Below, piece by piece: positions 1 to 17,250 of a DNA stretch of 52,929 nt (within the stretch, counting starts at the first letter, position 1; each line of letters starts with the position of its first letter). Location: NCBI GenBank assembly GCA_964016885.1, contig CAXHJY010000263.1:1-52929 (forward strand). Reading direction: 5' to 3'. The position numbers and the translations under genes are program-made. A model generated the notes under the pieces. The model was not told the DNA's origin. It saw nothing but the letters and a program-made list of their open reading frames with translations, and made no database searches. Origin of the DNA: Eledone cirrhosa (Eukaryota).

Positions 1-415
1 TATAGTCGGGTGATGGCGAGACTGAGATGCTGGAACAACCAAGTGTCCTCATGAGCATCACCAGTTACTTCTGTTAGGCCAGCTGCCAGTGAAGATAGAT
101 CTTGCAGTCAGTAGCCCAACTCCACCAAACGTCTCGAACGCCAAAGGCTGGAAACTGTAGTTAGCCGACACATCATGGTATTTAAAGATTTTTTCTGTTC
201 AGCTGCGGATGCTGTAGCTGTCGCCCTTACCGCTACATCCAGGATGTGGGAAGAAGCTAAAGAGTCACTAACTGTGACATCTCAGATAAGGCACCTGCCT
301 CTCGACCAGGGGCACAGGGTAAGACCGTCAGTTTTTTTCCCATCAATTCTGGACAACCCAGACGGTTCTAAAATTGAAGGGATGTTTGTCCAGGCCAAAG
401 CTTTTAAGTGGTAAT
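1..415 (-). mobile_element. Degenerate CRE/R2-type non-LTR retrotransposon fragment, restriction-like endonuclease (RLE) domain
   Basis: The minus strand translates, across stops and frameshifts, to [37 protein letters not shown]...AAEQKK..KY....YSFQPLAFETFGGVG...WLFQHLSLAI. This matches the PD..(D/E)..K RLE motif series of CRE-clade elements. Confidence 0.75.
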
Positions 416-607
416 AGGACAGTGTGTGTATATGCGCGCGCGTGAATTGTCGGTGTTCTTAAATTAGAGACGTATGTGTGTGTCACGATTTTTAAGTTAG
501 ACACATATATACGTGTGGTATCCCCTTCCTTCCTTTTACATACACATACATTCACACAAACACGCACACATTGTGTGACGGACGGATGGACAGAAGTCGT
601 TCAAATT

Positions 608-1255
608 TAGATACATATGAATGGAGTTCCAATGAAGCAGTCAGAGAAGTTCAAGTATCTCGGGGCCGTGTTCATGAGTAATAGAAGGCAGAAAGCTGAA
701 TTAAGTGCAAGAATTGAAAAAGCTGATGCTGTAATGCGCCAGCTTCAGCATTCACTAATCAGAAGAAGGGAGGTTGGTGTAAAAGTCAAACTCGCTGTCT
801 TCCTGGTATTCCTGCCAACCCTTACCGAGAGCCATGGATCTTTGGTAATGACTGAATGAATACGATTGCAAATACAAGCGGCCGAAATGGGGTTCCTCCG
901 AAGGGTCTTTGGAATAACGTTACTCGATAAAGTGCATAGCTCGGAGAGTCACTCCTGGTAGAGCCGCTACTTCTCCGGATTGAGAGATCACAGCTCCGAT
1001 ACTATGGGCATGTGGTTATAACGTCTCAGGAAAGAATCGCTGGACAGATTTTGCAGGCAAAACCAACCGGCAACAGACCCTGAGTTAGACCCTGAACAAA
1101 ATAGTTGGATAACATCCATGAGCTTGGCTAGTCACGCTTTGATATCCAGCTGGATCAGTTAGAGATGTTTGCTTCTGACAGACTCACTGGAAGGAATGTT
1201 TCAGAAGGACTCTGCCCCAAGACCCCCTCATAAATAAATGGGCGAAGAAGAAAAA
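608..1255 (+). mobile_element. RTE-clade LINE 3' fragment (RT thumb/C-terminus), pseudogenised
   Basis: Translates to KFKYLG...ARIEKA...KLAVF..PTL...IQAAEMGFLRRVFGITLLDKV...RIERSQLRYYGHVV, with in-frame stops. Ends in an A-rich tail. Confidence 0.85.
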
Positions 1256-1615
1256 GATATTGTCAATTTACTTTTCAATTTACATATCATATCTATATGC
1301 ATATATATTTGCGTATAATACCAATATGCATACTACATATGCTAGCAGAAATCCGCTCGAAGGGCGGTTCTTCTGTTAGTAACAATAACGAATAACACAA
1401 CAATCGAATTTTAAATGCAAACGCTATCACCATCACCATCACCGTCACTATCATCACCAGCCGTATAACAGCAACAACAATAACAACAACACTAAGTATA
1501 ATTAAGTGGCCGGGGGTGGGGGCAGTGTTAATAACTTTGCTAAAACTATTGTCCCTTTCGTTGGCCATCATTATTATTATAGTGTCCTTTCGCATGTTTT
1601 TGTCTCTGAACTCAG

Positions 1616-1659
1616 AAGAGCACACCACCCAAGCATCACGTGACACATCGTGTCAGAAG
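1616..1659 (+). CDS. Candidate small exon of the host gene
   Basis: Pyrimidine tract ending ...ctgaactcAG and a strong donor AAG|GTAAGC. The 44 nt of unique sequence read (E)EHTTQASRDTSCQK or KSTPPKHHVTHRVR. Its phase does not join directly to the downstream phase-1 exons. Confidence 0.35.
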
Positions 1660-1737
1660 GTAAGCCAATCAATTTCATTTATTTTTTATTTGTCTGTCTT
1701 TCTGTCTAAATAGCAGTATTTCTATGTATATGTTGAG

Positions 1738-2640
<903 letters not shown>

Positions 2641-2800
2641 TCTTGTGTTTAAAGATGTTGACTAAATTGGTTGCGTATTCAATGCTCCAATCAGTAACAG
2701 ATGATGCTATTAGGTTCAAGCACTCAACGTCATGTGTATCCTTCTAAATGCGATTTTGTAGTGCATGACGAAACAAACGTACAATAAGGCCAGATGTAGA

Positions 2801-3083
2801 TATTGATAATTCATTTTATTCATAATCTGTCGTAATACATATTTCTGTGCCGTTAACATTTACGTATGGCTTCCATCACGCAACCACCAACACGACTGCC
2901 TCAAACGGCGTTTTAATTAATAGGGTGGTTATGAAATATTTCTAATGCAATGCAGGCTATCAACAATGGGATAGATAAATTCGATGTTGGTTCTATGAGA
3001 GTCCGTCAGCAGCATTACGTAAAGGTTAATGCCACAGAAATATGCATAACACAGTAGATTACGAATAAAATGAATTATGAATA
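2801..3083. repeat. Old diverged inverted repeat next to a (TA)n tract
   Basis: 2801-2866 (taattcattttattcataatct...atatttctgtgccgttaacatttacgta) is the approximate reverse complement of 3016-3083. Confidence 0.7.
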
Positions 3084-3108
3084 ACTAAATCTTGCTGTCG
3101 CATTTAAC

Positions 3109-3188
<80 letters not shown>

Positions 3189-3292
3189 TATGCACGCATT
3201 TATGTGTTTGAATACCTAACTATATCTATCTACACCTCTCTATCTACGTTAAATGCATCTCTATGCCTATCTGCCTGTCATTCTGACTATGT

Positions 3293-3361
<69 letters not shown>

Positions 3362-3556
3362 CCACTCTCCCTCTCTCTCCCTCTCTCACCCTTCTCTTTC
3401 TCTCCCTCACTCGCTCACTCTCTACCTATCAGTCTATTATTCCTCTCTATGCGTTAACCCTATTAGATGCCATTAACTATGTTTTTAACATTCATCATTA
3501 AATGCGAATGATTACAAGTTTGAACTTAACATTGATTGCGTAGCATACAAACATGT

Positions 3557-3695
<139 letters not shown>

Positions 3696-3846
3696 GATGT
3701 ATGTATATATATATACATATGAATACATACCAATATATATATAAATATATGCATATATATATTTAAACATAATACATATATATACATATATGTATATATA
3801 TATATATATATTAAAAAAAATATATATATAGATGCATACATATATA

Positions 3847-5590
3847 AATGAAGAGGCGGATTTTCAGGTCTTTACGAAGATCCGACTTCCACACCGATCT
3901 CAAGCTGTGGCACGCCGCCCAGTCTTTGCTCTTCCTCTCATCATCTTCCGTATTCCCAATCTTTGCTCCCAAATATAGGAAGTCCTCAACCAATTCTAGC
4001 GGCTTCCCGACTACATTAGTGATCCCCTCTGGCTTCTCAACCCCATTCTCAGCCCCACACTCATCGACACAGTCTCAATCTCCTGCATCAAATCCTCTGC
4101 CTCCTTCATTGTATTTGTCACCAAAACTATGTCGTCGTCAAATTCAGCATCTGATACCTTTTTCGCCTTAACTCTCCTGCTCTGAGCCGGTGCTACAGTA
4201 AAGCCAGAGTCCTGGTGTTTCTCCAGTGCAAGGCGCATACAATAGTCCACTAGGATGATAAAAAGGTAGGGAGCCAATGTATCTCCCTGGAGCACTCCAG
4301 CCAGTATCTCTAAGAACTCTGTCATCCCATCAGGTGTAATGACTTGGGCTTTGGTGTTGGTGTAGAGCAGTGATATCAGGTCCACTATCCTCTTGGGGAT
4401 TCCATAAGCCTGTAAGATCTTCATCAGGCAGTGACGGTCCACAGAATCAAAGGCCTTCCTAAAGTCAATGAAAACCATGACCACAGGAAGGCACTTTGCT
4501 CTAGCTCCCTCTAATATCCCCCTCAGCATCAGGATGTGACTGGTGGTTGATCTTCCCTCTCTGAAGCCGTTCTGGTTGTCCCTGAGCTTCCTCTCCATCT
4601 CAGGCTGGATCCTGTTAAGAATCATCCTGTTGAGGTTCTTTGCCACAAGTGACATCAGTGAAATCCCCCTGTATTTGTCGGTGCTAGAGAGATCTCCCTT
4701 CTTTGGGACTGGGACGATGTTACTGATCCTCCACTGATTCGAGGCAACTCCTTTCTCCAGTGCCTGGTTACAGAACCCCAGGATATCATCAAAATCACAC
4801 CTCTTCATCACCTCTGATGCCACTCCATCTTGTCCATGAGCCTTGCCCTCCTTGATCCTCTTCTTGGCTCTCTGAAGCGCCTCTCTGGTGAAGGCTCTGT
4901 CTCCATATCCAGTTCTTCAAACAGCCGCCTGATCTCCCCAGTGCTCTGGGCTGTGGAGGGTGGCTCTCCTAGTAGGGTCCTAAAATGGTCTAGCCATTTC
5001 CTCTTCCTATCCTCGAGCCCCGTTCCCTGGATCTGAATCGAACACCTTCTCTTCCTCCCTGTGATCTCGTTGATGATTATCCAGCTCTCCTTACATCCAG
5101 ATCTGTCAACCGCTCTCTCCACACTTCTGATCTTCTCTATCAGTGCCTCCTCTCTGGCCTCAGTGTAAGCGGTACAGAGTTCTTCCCTCATCACCTCCAC
5201 AGTCTCCATCCTCTCCTCCATAGGATCAGCATAGAATTGGTCCTTGGCAGCTTTCAGGTGTTCTCTGGCTGCACACACTTTTGGGTTTGCAGAGCTGACG
5301 TGCTTCCTTTTCTTCTTTTTCCTCCGCACCAGGGTTTCACTTGCTTCCGCCACTGCATTGGTGAAGTAGCCATACCTCCTCGTCACACTCTCCTCAGTCC
5401 ATCCAATCTCTCTCTCATCTGTCTCTCCACACAGAGCACTGAACCTGTTCCTCACTTCCACTGTGAACTTCTCCTGTAGCTTATCATCTTCCTTGAAAGC
5501 TCCCCAGTCATATATTGCTCTCCGGGGCTGAGCCTTGCTCTTTCTTAAGCTCACTCGGACCTCACTCATAACAAGCCGGTGGTCACTACT
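3847..5590 (-). mobile_element. RTE-clade LINE ORF (end of APE domain, linker, RT), inverted 5' segment
   Basis: ORFs 4808-5569 and 4011-4823 give SDHRLV, IVPVPKKGDLS..YRGISL, QNGFREGRST, FIDFRKAFDSV, GVLQGDTLAPYLF, FDDD (YADD-like) and FLYLG, ending at ...LKIRLF. Confidence 0.92.
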
Positions 5591-6018
5591 GTAGTGGAGT
5601 CTGTGCTGCTGTACGGGTCTGAGACTTGGACACTGACCAAGAAACTCACTCAGATGGTGGATGGGTGCTACACGAGAATGATGAGGATGGGATGGCTCTG
5701 AACATTAATCAGTATACACTGAGGATGAAAAACTCAGAGCTGTATGGGAACCTCCCAAAGGTCGGCTCAAAAGTGACACAGAGGAGACTGAGGTTAGCTG
5801 GACATGCTCACTGACATCCAGAGTTGACATTGCACTCAGTGCTCCTGTGGGAGCCGCTACATGGACACACTGGAAGAGGAAGACGAAGATTAACGTATGG
5901 TGACGCCCTAAGGACAGACACTGGTCTGTTGGAGACGCAGGACATGGCAGCGATAATGAGGGGCAGAGAGCGCTGGAGAGAACTCGTCCATGGATCTCGG
6001 GAATTTTACCCGCCCTAG
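5591..6018 (+). mobile_element. 3' end of the same RTE LINE in the opposite orientation
   Basis: Reads VESVLLYGSETWTLTKKL...DGCYTRM..MALNI...RRLRLAGH...LLWEPLHG..GRGRRRLTY...RERWR, which directly continues the KIRLF at 3848. Confidence 0.9.
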
Positions 6019-6059
<41 letters not shown>

Positions 6060-6229
6060 TATGTGTGTGTGTGCATCTGTGGTGCTGAAACCGCTTGGCG
6101 TCGTGAGCGGACTTTTACCTTCCTATATAAGTATATCTTTGTGTGTGTGAGTGTGTGTCAGATGTGTATATATATTTATATGTATTCCAACGTGAAAATG
6201 GACAACATATAAATAAATAAATAAATATA

Positions 6230-6261
<32 letters not shown>

Positions 6262-6678
6262 CATATTTGTACATATATATATATACATATTTGTACACAT
6301 AATATATATATATACACATATTTGTACATATAATATATACACGTGTGTTTGTGTATGTGTGTAATTTGCCGAAGAGGAACCGGGAACCACACTTAAATAA
6401 GGTACTATTTAGCTACAAAATTATGGCTATGACAGGAGATATTCGACGAAAGATTCATATTTCTATTTTCGGCCATTTTAATTTTTTACATTATTTAAGG
6501 ATACTAATATCCGTTGACCCTGTTTTACCCTATTCCGATTATAGATGTCTGTCATTAGATAATGTTTGGTAACCCGTAAAACACTTACCAACATATGTCT
6601 TGCAACAACCACATGATCATATATGTATAAATATATAAATAAATATATATATATATGCGTGTATGTATGCTTGTGTGC

Positions 6679-6729
<51 letters not shown>

Positions 6730-6910
6730 TATATACATATAAATATACATATATCTATATATATATTCATATATATATATATTATACATCTATATATATA
6801 TAAATATACATACATATATATAAATATACATATACATATATATATATTTATATATATATATATATATATATCTTTATATATATATATATAAATATATATA
6901 TATATGTGTG

Positions 6911-6948
<38 letters not shown>

Positions 6949-7053
6949 ATTATATATGTGTGTGTGTGTGTGTGTGTATGTGTGAATGAAGTAATTCCGT
7001 CGGAAAGGTACAGGAGTAAAAGAGTGCTCTATGTAGGTTACAGAGCTTATTAG

Positions 7054-7304
7054 TTATGTAATAAACAACATAAGATAATTATTTCATTTACCAGTGGTTT
7101 CTTGAAAGCAGATATATATATCTGTTTTCAGTCGTCAGAATGTATAAAAACATGGTGTCTTTATTAAATATGAATTTGAAAATCGTTTTCATAAAAACAT
7201 CATGTTTTTATTCATTCTGACGACTGAAAACAGATATAATAAATATCTGCTTTCAAGAAACCACTGGTAAATGAAATAATAATCTTAGGTTGTTTATTAC
7301 ATAA
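7054..7304. mobile_element. Fold-back element with a hammerhead ribozyme in each arm (PLE pLTR-derived)
   Basis: Arms 7054-7157 and 7198-7304 are near-perfect reverse complements; the right arm abuts (TA)n. Confidence 0.85.
7211..7275 (+). ncRNA. Type I hammerhead ribozyme (canonical core)
   Basis: Stem I TTCATT(7211-16)/AATGAA(7270-75); CTGACGA 7217-23; long stem II tgaaa.cagatat-aataa-atatctg.tttca; GAAA 7257-60; near-palindromic stem III ACCACTGGT; GTA cleavage triplet ending at 7269. Mirror copy on the - strand at 7083-7142. Confidence 0.8.
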
Positions 7305-7315
7305 TTATAACTATA

Positions 7316-7489
<174 letters not shown>

Positions 7490-7956
7490 AATATATATAT
7501 ATACGTACCCAGTTACTGGCATTATATGCATTGTTAACATTGATTGTATAATGTTTGTTTTTTAATTCGAAATACTTATTATTTCCTTTAAAATATGGCA
7601 CAAGGTCAGACAATATTTGCATATCTGATAAAAACGTTTCTAATTTCCACATCATTGGCATCGGTTTGAATGTTGATAGTTGTATTATTATTAATTATAT
7701 TATTGTTAATATTAAAATATATGTTTGCATTGGGTCGTCAATAAAATATATGTTTGCAATAAAATATATGTATGTCGTCATATGAAATTTGTAGAAATTA
7801 CTTGAAAGATAATAAATTTCTACAAATTTCATACTTGATGATACTTATAATTATGAATGTCTTCTAAACATTAAATTCGTTTCAACGAATTATTCTATCT
7901 GAATGTCATATAGATTAACTAATGGCACTGTATGTAAATATTACAATTTTGTGTCA

Positions 7957-8049
<93 letters not shown>

Positions 8050-8245
8050 ATCAAAAGATGGTTAAAAGAGTTCCATCTATTTTATTATGCGCATTTCAAA
8101 AACAAATATCATCATGCAATAACATTTGCGTTTTCGTCAGATAAAATAGGGAGACATGATATGAAGGTTAAAAAACACTTGTGAATAGTGCAGTTTTAAA
8201 TCAACATATGAAAAGTAGTTTTAGATTGATGTGTGATATTGAGAA

Positions 8246-8276
<31 letters not shown>

Positions 8277-8366
8277 TATTATTTATACTCCAGTCCTACA
8301 AACTGTAGAGTGCTACTTATCCAATATCTGCATTGCTTTATTGTACTACAATAAAACTAACCTCCT

Positions 8367-8706
<340 letters not shown>

Positions 8707-8818
8707 AAATGCTCGGACCTATCTTTGAGCTTATTTACGGGCGATATGGCGCACGCCGTTATGGCATGACACCCACAATTTCGATTTGGATTAAATTCAT
8801 TTAATTTATCTTAATTTT

Positions 8819-8862
<44 letters not shown>

Positions 8863-8882
8863 GTGTGTATATATATATGTAT

Positions 8883-9612
<730 letters not shown>

Positions 9613-10002
9613 TGCGAAAGACTAAAGAAGAGATACAGAAATATAGGTGAACAAGTTGGGGAAGATGATAGAAATGTAGCACGTGTTAATGTTTACATAT
9701 TGGTGAGCTAAAAAGCGGAAACACTTGACATATGTCTGTATGCACCGATATAAACGCACTCTTCCAAGCACATACACACAAATAAAAGAAGACACATATA
9801 ATGTGTGCGTGGGAGATTATTTGTAGTATTTTGCTGATACAGTAATATCTATGATCAGGGAAACACCGTATAATTTCTGTTCATATCATCAAATACCGTC
9901 CCTCTAGTTAACGCAACAAAACTCTTGATTTGTTCATCTTATAGATCTGCTAATTCGATTGTTCCATCCATCACGACTAAATTAGAAACCCATGTTAAAT
10001 AA

Positions 10003-10220
10003 TGGTTTCTTATATAGGCACAAGGTCAGCAATTTTTTTTCATTGGTGGTGGGAGGGGGTAAATGGACCTCAATGTATTACTGGTACTTTATTTTATCAA
10101 CCCCGTAAGGATGAAAGGCAAAGTTAACCTCGGCGGGATTTGAACTCAGATCATAAACAGGCCACTCTATGCTGCAAAGCATGGTGTCCGAACCTCTACT
10201 GATACTGACAATCCATCGCC
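10003..10220 (-). mobile_element. tRNA-headed SINE family A (Nin/Deu-domain-like core)
   Basis: B-box GAGTTCAAATCC and core GCCTTTCATCCTTACGGGGTYGATAAAATAAAGTACCAG; about 15 copies in the window. Confidence 0.85.
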
Positions 10221-10780
10221 CAAACCAATGTTAAATAATAAAAGAGTTCTAGACATGATCGATCATCATGTATCTTTCTATGATACGGTGTTCGTAAGAT
10301 CTTCTTATGCAATATATATGCCTTGTGTTAGAGAGATGTTTGTTAAAAGGGTCGTATGTATGTTTGAAGCAGAGATACAATGTTTAGGTCCAATGTCTGC
10401 ATTTGGTAACCAGTTCCGATTTTCTTTCTTTTGTGAGCGGACTCCCTTTCAGGCAGAATACAATTCTTTTGCGGTGTCTGTTGAGGATCTATGTACTTTG
10501 AATTCAAATGTCATCGAGGTCAACTTTGACTTTCGTAAATTTGGAGACAAATAAAGTACTAATCCAATGGCGGTGGATTTGTTAAAGTGCCAGTGTGCAA
10601 TCTGAATTAAAATCTGTTGGCGTTACGAAGAGCATTCGGCCGTAGAAGCCATGACAAAATAGGGCGCATCTTAGCGAGACGTGTTCATCCGGCCAATATA
10701 GGATGACAGTAGTTCCGATTCAGTACTGATTTGATCTGTAACTTGTCCAACTAGCATGATAACGATAACGATGCTAATAA

Positions 10781-11240
10781 TGGCACAAGGCCAACAATTT
10801 ACTGGCTGGTACTTTATTTTACCGACCCCGTAAGGATGAAAGGCAAAGCTAACCTCGGCGGGATTTGAAATCAGAACGTAAAGGGCCGTAACTATATGCT
10901 GCAAAGCATGTTGTCCGACGTTATACCAATACTGCCAATCCACAGCCTTATGGTGATGCTAATATTGGTTTCTTATATAGGCACAAGGCCAGCATGTTAT
11001 CCGGTACTCTTTCGATACCGCCAATACACTACCTTCACACCAGTTTAATAATTGTTTCTACATCTGGCGCACGGCCAGCAATTATCCCAGTGTATTACTG
11101 GTACTTTATTTTATCGACCCCGTAAGGATGAAAGGCAAAGTTAACCTTGGAGGGATTTGAACTCAGTCCGTAAAGGTACCTAATTTTATGCTGGAAAGCA
11201 TGCCCTCCGACTCTCTACTGATGCTGCCTATACATCGCCC
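10781..11240 (-). mobile_element. Cluster of three SINE family A copies (10781-10947, internally deleted 10964-11033, 11050-11240)
   Basis: Same core and tail (ggcacaaggccagca) repeated head-to-tail. Confidence 0.85.
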
Positions 11241-11520
11241 TATTATGATGTTAGTTCAACCTGCACTTCAACAGATCACATGTTTATATTATATATGTTG
11301 GTGTATTTTTGTTTCTTTAGAACTGCACACATAGATATATAGCTGCATGGCTGCACGTGCCTGTTGACAATGTAGCAAAGAGTATATATGCACCACTAAT
11401 AAACATATATCTGCATGTTTATCTGTCTTTTTTTTCTGCATGACAGCATCTTTCCCTTCATCTGTACTGGCATACAAACACATTCACACATACACACATA
11501 TACTTGTGTGTATATATATA

Positions 11521-11568
<48 letters not shown>

Positions 11569-11569
11569 A

Positions 11570-11685
<116 letters not shown>

Positions 11686-11723
11686 TGTATGTATATATAT
11701 ATATATATATATATACATATATG

Positions 11724-11760
<37 letters not shown>

Positions 11761-11894
11761 TTATATGTACATATATATCCATGTACATATATATATATAT
11801 ATACATATATGTATGTATATATATATATATGTATATATATGTATATATTTATATGTACATATATATCCATGTACATATATATATATATACATTT

Positions 11895-11956
<62 letters not shown>

Positions 11957-12311
11957 GGATTATGCAAGTTGTAGATGTCAAAGTAAGGAGCACTCAATAT
12001 AATGAATGTAGAGTTAATGCAGTTATAGATCCTTGCCATTTTTGGGTTCTCGTCATTTTCAAAATACTTTCATAGATCGAACATCGATCTTCTGACATTG
12101 ACTGATATCTTAAAGTATGTACGACCCCATCTAAGTGATGTATTTTCGGCACAAATATGAAATACTCTTTGCATCTGTTTGGTGCAATGTGCATGTATGT
12201 ACATACATACATATATATGTGTGTGTGGGCGTTTGTATGTCTGTGTGTGTAGTACATATTGTTATAGCAGTATGTATATGATATATATATATATAGACAT
12301 ATATATATATA

Positions 12312-12539
<228 letters not shown>

Positions 12540-12612
12540 TTGGTGGAAATATCCAAGGGTAAGAGTACTCAGTCCATAGGACGAGTTTAGTATAAATGAT
12601 TACAATTGCAAC

Positions 12613-12751
12613 AGTGACATAAACAGGTACTTATGTTTCATTGAGTTCGAGACCCCAACTCTCTCAGTATGTCATAAATACGTACATGATAGGCTGTGAA
12701 TGAGTTGGGGTCCAGAACCCCCACGAAACTTAAGCACCCGTTTATGTCACT
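12613..12751. mobile_element. Diverged fold-back with a degenerate hammerhead in each arm
   Basis: Arms 12613-12675 and 12686-12751. The + arm reads gtgaatga-gttgggg..cccc.ac-GAAAC-ttaag; the - arm reads ctgagaga-gttggg..ctcaat-GAAAC-ataa-GTA. Confidence 0.6.
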
Positions 12752-12772
12752 TTGTAATTATATATATGTATA

Positions 12773-12859
<87 letters not shown>

Positions 12860-13289
12860 GATTTATCAAAAGTTAGACAAAAATTAAAAATACAAGCATA
12901 AATATCAGAGGAATAAAGATAAAAGACAAAATTTGTTTTTGCTCTAACATGGTGGATACCTAAATGTATTAGTGAGTGAATGATAATAATATTATAAAAA
13001 TATTATTAATATTCGGTTCGTTTGCAAGCAAACAACCTCTCACTCCGTGTTGTTTCTGGATGACAACGTCATCTTTTTTGTTCCAGCACTAGCAGAGAGG
13101 AAACAGTCGTCAAATGTGTCGGAGTTAAGTTAAAGGAAATGGTAAATTTAATAAAGAATACATTTTTTCCAGCACATATCAAATGACATGTAATTAATTA
13201 TCAAAATAAGCAGTAATTAAATAACGAAGAGTAAAATAAACACTAAAAAATAAATGTAAAAAAGTAGAAACCACAAGCAATAAAAAGCT

Positions 13290-13473
13290 GATCCACTTGA
13301 TCTGCGGTCACCAAACTTTCGGACCTCACGGACCACTAAATTCATAATTTTAAATCCCGCGGATCACAAATATGAAATTTAAAAATGATAAATACACCAT
13401 TTTTCTGCAGACCACCAATATTTTGTCTCAGACCACCAATATTGGTCCGCGGACCACCTGTTGGCAACCGCTG
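13290..13473. mobile_element. hAT-type non-autonomous element end
   Basis: Terminus ggtccgcggaccacctgttggcaaccgctg, i.e. a CAGCGGTTGCCAAC TIR, with subterminal (c)ggaccac repeats. Confidence 0.55.
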
Positions 13474-13924
13474 CTCTATATAACCATTGAAATGATGTTA
13501 TTCATCTATGGAAAGTGTGTCATGGACATAGTAAACACAATTATTCTATTTATTGATTGTAAGGTTTGGTACATCTATTTTCTGTTGATTTTATTTTATT
13601 CTTTATTTTATTCTTTATTTGCTGCTTATTATATATATTTAACTACTTTTTTAAAATTATATTTTTAATTACTTATCATTTGCTCGGCGCTGCATTTAAA
13701 TTTTTTTTATTCTATATTCATAATGCAATAGCTATAAGCAGGAATGTTACTGAAACGACCGTAACGTATTAATCGGATGTTAAACGAATGATTTAACGCC
13801 AATGAAACCGAGATACATTGCGGGCTTAGGACAGATTTAAACTATTTTAAAAACTATATAGTGCAACGTTAACGAAAGTGAACACTCAAAAAACACAGTC
13901 CGGCAAATATTACATGTTTAACGG

Positions 13925-13981
<57 letters not shown>

Positions 13982-14011
13982 TACATGTATATATATATAT
14001 ATATATACATG

Positions 14012-14120
<109 letters not shown>

Positions 14121-14153
14121 ATATGTATATATATATAACTGTATAAATATATA

Positions 14154-14206
<53 letters not shown>

Positions 14207-14295
14207 GGATGTGTGTGTGTATGCATGTCTGTATGTGTGAATGTATATATGCATATTTACATACATGCACACATAGATACACATACATACATACA

Positions 14296-14328
<33 letters not shown>

Positions 14329-14793
14329 TCATACATACATACAAACACACATATATACATACATCAATCATCTAAATGAGTATATGCAGAGTGTATATAG
14401 TGATAGAAAGTAAGATCAAAAGAATCATTTTAAAATGACGAGGCTGAGTATGATAAATGACAATACAATACGGGATAGATTTAATGGTAAATCTTCACAT
14501 AGGACATCTTAAGCTTCAACGGGTGCATATTTCTATCTAATTCGGTGCTTAACTGCAACACGATATATATACATATATGTGTGTGTGTTTTTGTGTGTGT
14601 GTGTGTTTGTGTGCGTGTGTGTGTATATATATGTGTATATACATATTAATATATATATATATATATATGTACATATATATATATGTGTACATATATATAT
14701 TTGTGTGCATATATATACATATATATATATGTACATATATATATACATATATATATGTGTACATATATATATTTGTGTACATATATATATATA

Positions 14794-14835
<42 letters not shown>

Positions 14836-15312
14836 TATATATATGTACATATATATATATATATGTACATATATATATATATATATATATATGTACATAT
14901 ATAGGAATTGTACTTTTTAGTAAGTGACTTGATCTGAGGCTCTTGGAACTGGAGCAAATACATCATCCGTCATATTAGATAATTATGAACATAGAAACAT
15001 GGAAAAACGGTTATATTCAGTTTTCATTTATTGCTAGAGAGGTCAAACTTATTTTTGTTCAATAAATAAATAAATAAAGTGCACTAGAAAAGTAAAGAAC
15101 ACTCTTCCGGCTCTGAGTTCTATAAAAATCTTGCAATAACTATTTTTCAACAGCATCACTGTTTCAATGACGAGGTCACAAAAATGCGACGAAAAATTTG
15201 TCACCACAAGAAATAAACGAAATGATAAGGAACTCAACAGATTTAGTATGTTCTACAAACTTGGATGCAAATGCTCATTCGTTCACTAAATGTATATATA
15301 CACACACACGTA

Positions 15313-15416
<104 letters not shown>

Positions 15417-15710
15417 CACACACACACATACACATATATATATATATATATAATATGTATATATTTTAGAAATACATCGAGTTACTGTGTGTGTGAAACG
15501 TCAGCACTGATACATACACATGCAAACATCATACCATACGTTACATATACATAGAGACAACACGGGCGCACACACATTGTTCTTATCAAACAAAAGCTAC
15601 CGTCCTACACAGGACACATTATTTTTTTGAAGTAGGTAGTGAATCAGGGTGCGTGGAACACAGTGGTATTTTGTGGGAAGAGAAACAGAGTCTGCTAAAC
15701 ATACACACAC

Positions 15711-16148
<438 letters not shown>

Positions 16149-16263
16149 TATGTATATATATATATACACATATATAACTCCAATTATAATATATAAGAGT
16201 ATATGTGTATATATATGTGTATATATTTTTATATATATATATATAAGTGTATATATACATGTA

Positions 16264-16336
<73 letters not shown>

Positions 16337-16855
16337 GAAAAGTATAGAAATTGTTGTAGCGAGAAGCTAAGAGTATTCCATAACATATACCATAACATAT
16401 ATGCGACTATAGCGTCAAAATGGGAAAATAGTTAACATAAGATATGGGAAAAATAATTCAAACTCAATTCAAAAGGAATCAGGATATAGATTTATCCAAC
16501 AGAATTTAGAGAAATCCAAAGACTATTTCACGAAAACTTTCAGTGGAGATGGTCACGGTTGGATTTCGTTCCTCAGCAGAGCTCAACATGGTAACCAAGG
16601 TCTCACTGGTAATATGCCAAAAAGGGAATTTAAAAGCAGGCTAGTTTAACATCATGCATGGTTATTAAAATAAACGCACTTGTGTAAAAACAGGGCTGGT
16701 GACGTCAGAATGAGACAAATGTTTGTTTACATGAAACAACAGTCAAACACATTCCTAAAGAAAACTCTACAAAAGGAGTTCAGCAAAAAGCAATATCATC
16801 GCGGTTTTTTTCCAAAAAGAAATACCGGGATTAGTCACAAATAATATATAGTAGC

Positions 16856-16916
<61 letters not shown>

Positions 16917-16990
16917 GTATACATAGATATAGGTATATATATATATATGTATACATACATATATATATATACGTATATATATATTTGTAT

Positions 16991-17040
<50 letters not shown>

Positions 17041-17043
<3 letters not shown>

Positions 17044-17250
17044 GGCGTGTGGCTGAGTGGTTAGAGAATTGGATTCGCAATCGTAAGGTTGTGAGTTCGA
17101 TTCCTGGACCAGGCGATGCGTTATGTCCTTGAGCAAGACACTTTATTTCACGTTGCTCCTTCTACCTGGAGCGACCGATATTAGCAATTGGAAAGACTAA
17201 CGGAAACATTGTTCCCTCGGTCCGATTTGACGAAAGTCGATCGTTCCTTT
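17041..17250 (+). mobile_element. SINE family B variant
   Basis: tggctgagtggttagag, gagttcgattcc and tccttgagcaagacact; shares its 3' part with the copy at 32285-32516. Confidence 0.8.

Noticed and set aside
14931-14968. Further hammerhead-like remnants (also ~26275-26305, 31530-31590, 44940-45030)
   Set aside because: Two or more core positions are missing, so they are too degenerate to call individually, although consistent with the overall pattern.
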